In this document: one piece after another, positions 57,236 through 64,000 of the stretch
How the letters are laid out: each line of letters opens with the position of its first letter
How positions within the stretch are numbered: position 1 is the first letter of the stretch
Source of the DNA: Planctomycetaceae bacterium UBA7805
GTDB taxonomy: Bacteria > Planctomycetota > Planctomycetia > Pirellulales > UBA7805
Length of the DNA stretch: 64,000 nt
Reading direction: 5' to 3'
Assembly (NCBI GenBank): GCA_002480485.1
Contig: DLCF01000082.1
Span: forward strand, 5,330 to 69,329
Translations under genes and position numbers: made by a program
The notes under the pieces: model-generated
Seen by the model: only the letters and a program-made list of their open reading frames with translations
The model's database searches: none
Told to the model about the DNA's origin: nothing

Positions 57236-58894
57236 TCACCGCTTGGGCCGGCGACTCAATTCACGCCACTCACGGGCCCCCAACAGCCATGAAACAAGCA
57301 GGTAGAGTGTCACGCTACAGATCAGGATTATACTCACAATAAAAAATCTGCCTCCGAAAGACAGTGACACCACAGGTGTAATCTGGCGAAGCAGAAAGTA
57401 GCCCACCACGTACATCGTTACCGTTGCCAAACTACTCCGTAATAGTGTGATGATCAGTATGTTTTTGGCTTGCTTGTTTTGTCTATCGATCAATGGCCCA
57501 GCGAAGAGCTGCCACCGAAGCTGCGCTTCTCGGGCGAGTAGCAGTACGAACAAGGTCGCCACAGCAGCGCTGGCGTATGCCAAACCCGTTTCTCCCAATT
57601 GCCAGATGCAGATGAGGTCAACCAGGGCGTTGGTTACAATGACCACCATACCCAGGCGAAAGGGGGTCTGCGAATCTTCCGCCGCGTAAAATCCGCGGAT
57701 GATTATCGGCAGTGTGCTGTAAGCCCAGACTCCGCAACCGTATGCTGCGACCATTTGCGCTGTACGCTGTATGTCGGTGCCGGTGAATGCTCCATGCCGG
57801 AAGAGCAGACTGGTGAGCGGTTCAGCCAGTAGGATCAAACCAGCGGTCGCAGGAATGGCAAAAAATAGATTCGTTCGCAAGGCCTGTATCATTTGTTTGA
57901 CAAACTGTGATCGATCTCCCGTGGTCGCATGACGACTGAGTGCGGGAAAAGTGACTAGACCGATCACGACACCTAGTAGTCCGACTGGAAATTGATAAAG
58001 GCGTTCCGCAAAATAGATTGCTGCAACGGTTCCTTCCTGTAAAGGATAGTTAACAGTTCCTCCGAGCCAAGCGATCGGTGTTTCAGGATTTGATGCAGAA
58101 AAAATCCAGGCGATAGCTGTATCGATCAAAGTGTTGATCGGCAAAATAGCAAGCCCGACAGCCATCGGAATTAGTTCGCGTACAATGCGAAAGATCGCCG
58201 AATAATTATCAATCCAATTCCACTGCCATCGCATACCGAACCGCCTGAGCACCGGAATTTGAACCGCAAACTGTAATATTCCACCAAGTAGAACAGCAAT
58301 CGCAATCAGATACGCTTGTGTCGCGGGCGCGTCATTCCACGCGGGTGCGATTACGACCGCTGTGATGATCCATATAGAATTCAGAAGAACAGGAACGAAT
58401 GCCGGTGTGCTGAAATGATTGAATGCATGCAGCGTTGCAGACGCGACGGAGGCCATAGCGATAAATAGCAAATAGGGAAGCATCACGGCGGAAAGCCCCG
58501 CTACCAGGCGATATTCCGTCTGCCCTTGTGACCCGATCCAAAGTAATCCACAAGAAAGTTCCGCCACCAGGGTCAGTATTGCCATGATCACAAAGACGCA
58601 ACCCAGAAGCGTGCTGACTAACTGCCAAACTGAATGCGAATCTGCTTCCCTTCTGGCTGCAATGGCCGGCAGCATGCTCGCCGACAGGGCACCCTCCCCG
58701 AAGAGTCGACGAAAGATATTGGGGACTCGAAATGCGATTACAAAGGCATCCATGACTCCATTCTCAGTTAGACCGAAGAGTGCGGCGGTTGCCACGTCGC
58801 GAACCATGCCCAGTAGACGACTCACCAGTGTCCAGAAGGCAGTGATTTTGAGGCCGCGAAAAAATGGCGATCGCACGGTTTTAATTCGATTCAT
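57236..58894 (-). CDS. murJ: Lipid II flippase MurJ (MviN)
   Basis: 552 aa polytopic protein. The N-terminal MurJ motif is SRLLGMVRDVATAALFGLTENGVMDAFVIAFRVPNIFRRLFGEGALS. Confidence 0.88.
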   Translation of the reverse strand: MNRIKTVRSPFFRGLKITAFWTLVSRLLGMVRDVATAALFGLTENGVMDAFVIAFRVPNIFRRLFGEGALSASMLPAIAARREADSHSVWQLVSTLLGCVFVIMAILTLVAELSCGLLWIGSQGQTEYRLVAGLSAVMLPYLLFIAMASVASATLHAFNHFSTPAFVPVLLNSIWIITAVVIAPAWNDAPATQAYLIAIAVLLGGILQFAVQIPVLRRFGMRWQWNWIDNYSAIFRIVRELIPMAVGLAILPINTLIDTAIAWIFSASNPETPIAWLGGTVNYPLQEGTVAAIYFAERLYQFPVGLLGVVIGLVTFPALSRHATTGDRSQFVKQMIQALRTNLFFAIPATAGLILLAEPLTSLLFRHGAFTGTDIQRTAQMVAAYGCGVWAYSTLPIIIRGFYAAEDSQTPFRLGMVVIVTNALVDLICIWQLGETGLAYASAAVATLFVLLLAREAQLRWQLFAGPLIDRQNKQAKNILIITLLRSSLATVTMYVVGYFLLRQITPVVSLSFGGRFFIVSIILICSVTLYLLVSWLLGAREWRELSRRPKR

Positions 58895-59155
58895 CTAGAG
58901 TTGATCGGAAGGCCGCGAAATGAACGTTTCTTTCTGGAAGAGCCGGTAATTTTAGCAACCTCAAAATCCGCCGGTCTTGTGAGAGGATCAAGGATCGAAT
59001 AACGTTGAACCGTTCCAGATGGACTTACTCTACCAGATAGTGCAGCTTTTCGATCAGGTCCGGTGAAGATGACGTTCGCGCGGTTGCGGCACATCTCGGA
59101 CCACAGGAGAGTAATAAATACTTCTCTCAACCAAGTGAATAAGAGCAGTAAATTG

Positions 59156-59416
59156 ATGAAAGAACGATCTTCCTACCAACAAAATATTATAAAAAATTAT
59201 TATAAAAATCGTGCTGCGATTTCTCACCAACGACTTAGTGAATTAGTGACAGAGCTTTATCTAGCAGAAGGAAAAAAACGGACAGCTGTTTGGAAACGAA
59301 TTCGTACCGCCCTGGAAAATCTTGAAGTGAAACCCCAACGCATCGAACACTTAGAGCAACAAGATAGCCCCGAGTTGGTTGCCAAGCTGGTAGAAGAACT
59401 AATGGGAAATGGTTGA
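59156..59416 (+). CDS. Small hypothetical helical protein
   Basis: ATG at 59156 (MKERSSYQQNIIKNYYKNR...). 86 aa. No recognised family. Confidence 0.4.
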   Translation: MKERSSYQQNIIKNYYKNRAAISHQRLSELVTELYLAEGKKRTAVWKRIRTALENLEVKPQRIEHLEQQDSPELVAKLVEELMGNG

Positions 59417-59498
59417 TTTACGACCCAAACACAATAGTGCGCTATTGCTACACTGGTCAAATTTTGATTGAAGGTCGCAAGACGAAAGGGAAGGATTA

Positions 59499-60293
59499 AT
59501 GCGACAGTATCTGGACCTGATGCGACATGTGCTTCAACATGGTTGTGCGAAAAATGATCGTACGGGCACGGGCACAAGAAGCATTTTTGGTTATCAGATG
59601 CGATTTGATCTGGCCGATGGATTTCCGCTTTGCACGACTAAAAAATTACATCTGCGATCGATCATTTATGAATTACTTTGGTTTATTCGCGGTGATACGA
59701 ATATCGCTTATCTGAAACAGAATGGGGTTTCCATCTGGGATGAATGGGCAGATGCTGACGGGGAACTCGGTCCCGTTTATGGTCGCCAGTGGCGGAGTTG
59801 GCCCGCTGCAAATGGCCGGTCGATTGACCAACTTGAGGAACTGGTAGAGCAGATAAAAAAAAACCCGGATTCTCGTCGCATGCTGGTTTCCGCCTGGAAT
59901 GTGGCCCAAATTTCTCAGATGGCACTCGCCCCCTGCCACGCACTCTTCCAATTTTATGTAAGTGAAGGCCGCCTCTCTTGCCAGTTGTATCAGCGTAGCG
60001 CTGACATTTTCCTCGGTGTGCCTTTTAACATCGCTTCGTACGCGCTGCTTACGCAAATGCTTGCCCAGGTAACCGACCTCAAAGCTGGTGAATTTATTCA
60101 CACGTTTGGCGATGCTCATCTTTACAACAATCATCTGCAGGAAGCCGAACTCCAGCTTTCCCGTGAGCCGAGACCGCTCCCCCAACTAAAAATCAATTCA
60201 AACGTCAAATCGATATTTGATTTTTGCTTCGAAGATTTTGAACTCACCGGATACGATCCGCACCCGCACATCAAAGCCCCGGTGAGCGTTTGA
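59499..60293 (+). CDS. thyA: Thymidylate synthase
   Basis: [28 protein letters not shown]..., the active-site region [13 protein letters not shown] and DAHLYNNH. Confidence 0.95.
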   Translation: MRQYLDLMRHVLQHGCAKNDRTGTGTRSIFGYQMRFDLADGFPLCTTKKLHLRSIIYELLWFIRGDTNIAYLKQNGVSIWDEWADADGELGPVYGRQWRSWPAANGRSIDQLEELVEQIKKNPDSRRMLVSAWNVAQISQMALAPCHALFQFYVSEGRLSCQLYQRSADIFLGVPFNIASYALLTQMLAQVTDLKAGEFIHTFGDAHLYNNHLQEAELQLSREPRPLPQLKINSNVKSIFDFCFEDFELTGYDPHPHIKAPVSV

Positions 60294-60330
60294 TGCCTCA
60301 CGTGCCATTTTCTTAAAAAGAAATTTTTTA

Positions 60331-60822
60331 ATGATATCGATTATTGTTGCCGCGGCAAAAAATGGTGTGATCGGCTGTAACGGTGAATTACCTTGGCATA
60401 TATCCGCCGATCTGCGACGTTTTAGAAAAATCACCACTGGACATTCGATCATAATGGGTCGAAAAACCTACGTTTCGATCGGTCGTCCGCTGCCCGAACG
60501 GCGGTCGATTGTGTTGAGTCGCGACCCGAATTTCACAGCTGACGGAGTGGAAGTGATCGCTGATTTTAGGGAGGCCTTAAAACGAACCGAGAGGGAAACA
60601 GAAGTTTTTATCATTGGCGGTGGACACCTTTATCAGGAGGCGCTCCCGTTCACCGCACGGATTTATCTTACGGAAGTCTGTGCCGACGTGGCAGGCGATG
60701 TCTATTTTCCCGCAATTGATTGGAGTCAGTGGAGATTAGAGGAGGAAGAATCACAGCAGATTGATCCGAAAAGCCGACTGCCGTTCTGCTTCAAAATATT
60801 TGCCCGCTTATCCGAGACGTAG
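60331..60822 (+). CDS. folA: Dihydrofolate reductase
   Basis: MISIIVAAAKNGVIGCNGELPWHISADLRRFRKITTGHSIIMGRKTY...IIGGGHLY. Confidence 0.92.
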   Translation: MISIIVAAAKNGVIGCNGELPWHISADLRRFRKITTGHSIIMGRKTYVSIGRPLPERRSIVLSRDPNFTADGVEVIADFREALKRTERETEVFIIGGGHLYQEALPFTARIYLTEVCADVAGDVYFPAIDWSQWRLEEEESQQIDPKSRLPFCFKIFARLSET

Positions 60823-60857
60823 CGAATTTACACAAAACGGTGCGGGATCGTAAACCG

Positions 60858-61856
60858 CTAAGCACGATCAATAGTGAATGCAATCACTTCATCTAATTGT
60901 TTTTTTTTCGCGGCCAGCATTACCAGGCGATCGACCCCGAGAGCTACCCCGGTGCAGGGAGGTAGTCCTGCCTTCATTGCCGCGTGCAGTTTCCCGCCGT
61001 CCGGCAGCGGGCGGCGACCCTGCTGCGTCCGTTTTGCATTCGCCTGTGCCGTGCGACGGGCCAACTCATGTGGATCACACAATTCGTGATAACCGTTTGC
61101 AAGTTCAATGCCCTGGTAAAATAATTCAAAACGCTCGGCTACGGGAATTGCTTCAGCACGAACATTGGCTAAAGCCGCCTGCGACGCTGGATAATCGTAA
61201 AGAATGACCGGGGCTTCTAGGCCTAAATGGGGCATCACCATCTCGATGAGAAGAAAGTCGAGCCAGTCATCTATATCATCTCCTAGCTGCGCAGGCGCGG
61301 CCAGTCCGTTGGCGGTTGCGACTTGTGCAAATTGAGCTGCCTCGCAGGTGAACGGATCGAGACCAGTAAATTTCAAAAATGCATCCCTATACCTGCAACG
61401 GATTGCCCTATCGGTGTTCATCAGGGATTGGAAAAGATCCGAGAGAAAATCCATACCCTTCTGCATTGAATCTCCCAATCGGTACCACTCCAGAATTGTA
61501 AATTCTGGATTGTGAAGTGGGCCGCACTCCTCGTCGCGAAAAGCGCGGGTGATTTGAAATAGAGCCTCTCCCCCGGCTGCCAGTAATCGCTTCATGCACA
61601 ACTCCGGGGAGGTTTGCAAAAAAAATTTTTTGCCCTCAATGCCGCAGGACAGGCTGATTGGCTCAATTTCGGCATCCACGACTGTATCGGTGGAAAGCAG
61701 CGGTGTTTCCACTTCAAGAAAATCGTGCTCTTGGAAAAACGCGCGTGTTTGGCGGAGGACTTCTGCTCTCAGACGAATCTCCGACCAGTCCGGGGAGGGT
61801 CTCCAGGCAGTAGCGAGATCGGTTTGATTCATCTGGGAAACACATTCTGGTGGCAT
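60858..61856 (-). CDS. epmA: EF-P (R)-beta-lysine ligase (class II LysRS paralogue)
   Basis: It has the class II aaRS core (FLEVETPLL, YQITRAFRDEE-like QITRAFRDEECG, GVALGVDRLVM). 332 aa. It lies directly downstream of efp. Confidence 0.85.
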   Translation of the reverse strand: MPPECVSQMNQTDLATAWRPSPDWSEIRLRAEVLRQTRAFFQEHDFLEVETPLLSTDTVVDAEIEPISLSCGIEGKKFFLQTSPELCMKRLLAAGGEALFQITRAFRDEECGPLHNPEFTILEWYRLGDSMQKGMDFLSDLFQSLMNTDRAIRCRYRDAFLKFTGLDPFTCEAAQFAQVATANGLAAPAQLGDDIDDWLDFLLIEMVMPHLGLEAPVILYDYPASQAALANVRAEAIPVAERFELFYQGIELANGYHELCDPHELARRTAQANAKRTQQGRRPLPDGGKLHAAMKAGLPPCTGVALGVDRLVMLAAKKKQLDEVIAFTIDRA

Positions 61857-61891
61857 ACCGCATTGGTTTGCGAGTCGCCAACACAGCGTGT

Positions 61892-62461
61892 TTATTCCTT
61901 AACACGTTCGATATATTCACCAGTTCGCGTATCCACCCGGACCAATTCCCCCATTTCAACGAATGACGGACATTGGATTTCTGCACCGGTTTCCACTTTC
62001 ACCGGTTTGGTCACATTCGTTGCCGTATTTCCCTTCGCGCCGGGCTCACAATATTCGATTTTCAGTACCACGTGGTTCGGTGGTGTGACGGTAATAGGGT
62101 TACTCTCAAAAAGTACCATTTGACAGAGTGTACCGTCCTTGAGGTATTTCCAAGCATCTCCAATTTGCTCGGTACTTAGTTCATATTGTTCATAGTTAGA
62201 GGTGTCCATAAACACATATTTGTCACCTTGCCGGTAAAGGTACTGGCCTTCGATTTCTTCAACGTCGGCCGCTTCGACCGATTCGCCACCCTTATAGTTG
62301 CGCTCAAGCACTGTGCCGCGCACTAGATTTCTCATCCTCAGGGTGTAGATCGCATTCCCCTTTCCCGGTTTTCGGAAATTCGACTCGATCACCATATACG
62401 GTTCGCCTTCGATTTGGATCTTTAAACCTTTGCGGAAATCACTCGTGTTGTAGCTTGCCAC
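61892..62461 (-). CDS. efp: Elongation factor P
   Basis: The GTG start at 62459-62461 gives a 189 aa protein, (M)ASYNTSDFRKGLKIQIEGEPYMVIESNFRKPGKGNA, with Lys at position 34 in the PGKG loop. Confidence 0.9.
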   Translation of the reverse strand: MASYNTSDFRKGLKIQIEGEPYMVIESNFRKPGKGNAIYTLRMRNLVRGTVLERNYKGGESVEAADVEEIEGQYLYRQGDKYVFMDTSNYEQYELSTEQIGDAWKYLKDGTLCQMVLFESNPITVTPPNHVVLKIEYCEPGAKGNTATNVTKPVKVETGAEIQCPSFVEMGELVRVDTRTGEYIERVKE

Positions 62462-62504
62462 GATCGCGCCTTTGTTTTTTCTGGGTTGGATATATCCTAG
62501 AGGG

Positions 62505-63539
62505 ATGAACATTGTAACGGCCCCATCGCTGAATGTCGCTACCGATTCCGAATGCCTTGACACAGATCATTGGCAGCAGTCCCTACGGACTGCCATCCGT
62601 ACGCCAGAGGAATTGTGTAAAATCCTTCAGCTTCCCGACGCATACTGCAGCGCGGCTAGGCGAGCTGCAAAAGATTTTCGGCTCTTTGTCCCAAGAGAAT
62701 ACGTTGCCAAAATTCCGCCCGGGGATCCGAAACATCCGCTGCTTCGACAGGTTCTTCCCCTTGCCGACGAAACATCGACAGATGAGGGATTTTCGCGTGA
62801 CCCGGTTGGCGACAGCGAAGCGCTACTTACGTCGGGGCTCCTGCAGAAGTATGAGTCCCGGGCGTTGTTGGTTGTGACCGGCGCCTGTGCCGTGCATTGT
62901 CGCTACTGCTTCCGTCGTTATTTTCCCTACGGCAGTGTTCCGAAAGGCGAAGATAATTGGCAGCCGGCGCTGAACAAAATTGCGGAGGATTCATCGATTG
63001 ACGAAGTTATCCTTAGTGGAGGTGATCCTTGGATGCTGGCCGACTCGCGATTGCAATCATTGACAGAAAAGATTGCTCAGATTTCACATATCCGAAGGTT
63101 GCGAATTCACTCTCGTTTGCCGTCCATGATTCCCTCTCGGGTTACCGATGCTTTGTTGCACACGCTTACCGGGACGAGGTTAACAACCGTTTTGGTCGTT
63201 CACATCAATCACGCGCTTGAAATTGACAAACAAGTAGCGGTTGCCTTGCACAAACTCGTCGGCTCAGGCACGGTAGTTTTAAATCAGTCGGTGCTGCTAA
63301 AAGGTGTGAATGATTCCGCTGCGGCGTTGGAATCGCTCTGTCGGGAGCTGGTCAATTTGCGGGTCATGCCGTATTACCTGCATCAACTCGACCGCGTTGA
63401 GGGGAGCATGCACTTCGAAGTCAGCGATCGCCGAGCGAAGCAAATCATTTCCACATTGCGTAGTCGGTTACCTGGGTACGCGGTGCCACGTCTGGTGCGG
63501 GAACGCGCTGGTGGGACCAGCAAGGAAATTTTAGCGTAG
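62505..63539 (+). CDS. epmB: EF-P beta-lysylation protein (lysine 2,3-aminomutase family)
   Basis: The radical-SAM motif is [11 protein letters not shown]. The C-terminal KAM region is VLLKGVND...MPYYLHQLD. The start is refined to the ATG at 62505 so it no longer overlaps the efp start. Confidence 0.85.
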   Translation: MNIVTAPSLNVATDSECLDTDHWQQSLRTAIRTPEELCKILQLPDAYCSAARRAAKDFRLFVPREYVAKIPPGDPKHPLLRQVLPLADETSTDEGFSRDPVGDSEALLTSGLLQKYESRALLVVTGACAVHCRYCFRRYFPYGSVPKGEDNWQPALNKIAEDSSIDEVILSGGDPWMLADSRLQSLTEKIAQISHIRRLRIHSRLPSMIPSRVTDALLHTLTGTRLTTVLVVHINHALEIDKQVAVALHKLVGSGTVVLNQSVLLKGVNDSAAALESLCRELVNLRVMPYYLHQLDRVEGSMHFEVSDRRAKQIISTLRSRLPGYAVPRLVRERAGGTSKEILA

Positions 63540-63540
63540 T

Positions 63541-64000
63541 GTGGCGTTTCTATGGGTTGCTGCTGGGAAGTCCATCGCTAATGCTTCGCTGCTTGTGCAG
63601 GACCTCTTTCATGGTACGATTGGCACAAGAATCATTGCGCAAGGGATAAAGAGGATCGATTTGGCTCACCAACAGATTGACATTCGCTGTGGCGATTGCC
63701 TGGAGGGCATGAAAAAGCTCGAGTCCGGTTCGATGGATTTGGCGTTTGCCGATCCTCCCTTTAATATCGGATTTGAATACGATCTGTACGAAGATCAACT
63801 TGATTCAGACAAATATCTCGCCTGGTGCAGTGACTGGATTGCTGAGATCATCCGCCTGCTCAAAGATTCGGGCACCTTCTGGCTAGCAATTGGAGATGAT
63901 TATGCAGCTGAGTTGAAGGTTATGATGCAACGAGAGTTGGGCCTAACCTGTCGCAGTTGGGTGATCTGGTATTACACGTTTGGTGTAAATTGCACGCGGA
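63541..64000 (+). CDS. DNA methyltransferase, beta-class (N6-adenine or N4-cytosine); the 3' end runs off the window
   Basis: My own translation gives ...[36 protein letters not shown]...[11 protein letters not shown], so motif IV (DPPF) lies near the N-terminus. The start is ambiguous (GTG 63541, GTG 63595 or TTG 63661). Confidence 0.75.
   Translation, partial: MAFLWVAAGKSIANASLLVQDLFHGTIGTRIIAQGIKRIDLAHQQIDIRCGDCLEGMKKLESGSMDLAFADPPFNIGFEYDLYEDQLDSDKYLAWCSDWIAEIIRLLKDSGTFWLAIGDDYAAELKVMMQRELGLTCRSWVIWYYTFGVNCTR

Noticed and set aside
63550-63798. An 82 aa minus-strand ORF at the window end.
   Set aside because: It is antisense to the plus-strand methyltransferase frame, which carries the DPPF motif.
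1-64000. A search of the whole window for CRISPR arrays, IS elements, integrases, prophage genes, rRNA or tRNA genes and long direct or inverted repeats.
   Set aside because: I found none by eye. The only repeated sequences are paralogous coding regions (the two exbD genes, the two DUF1501 genes and the DUF1553 genes). A computational repeat and tRNA scan would be needed to be certain.

Overview
This is a 64 kb chromosomal segment, roughly 50% GC by eye. It is most consistent with a Planctomycetota (Planctomycetia) genome. The evidence is two DUF1501 proteins, three PSCyt/DUF1549/DUF1553-type proteins, a DUF1559-like pseudopilin, and several N-terminally extended ORFs with non-ATG starts. All identifications come from reading the supplied translations, and my own for edge-truncated genes, against remembered family motifs. 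No BLAST or HMM search was possible. The window is gene-dense (about 55 CDS) and mostly housekeeping:
- heme synthesis: hemD-hemE fusion
- lipids: plsC, cdsA
- translation: def, fmt, miaB, rplU, efp with epmA and epmB
- nucleotides: nrdJ, thyA, folA
- nitrogen and PTS-Ntr regulation: glnE, a PII protein, hpf-ptsN-ptsH-ptsI
- others: lysA, murJ, rng, rpiB

I saw no rRNA, tRNA, CRISPR array, transposase, integrase or phage genes.

The best candidate for an undescribed system is a six-gene minus-strand cluster at 30737-37221. It encodes an ExbB/ExbD/ExbD proton-channel motor and two TPR proteins. It also encodes a vWA protein whose single TM anchor carries a TonB-like S-x3-H-G signature, and the cluster has no TonB C-terminal domain, Tol-Pal component or TonB-dependent receptor.

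Other notable items:
- a bacterial topoisomerase VI operon, possibly with K/R-rich N-terminal tails on both subunits
- a five-gene planctomycete-specific CxxCH-motif/WD40/DUF1501 module
- a TsaC-YwlE-like phosphatase fusion next to rpiB
- tandem NrdR-like boxes upstream of a class II RNR
- a PII/ferredoxin/Moco-domain-like/pseudopilin-like operon
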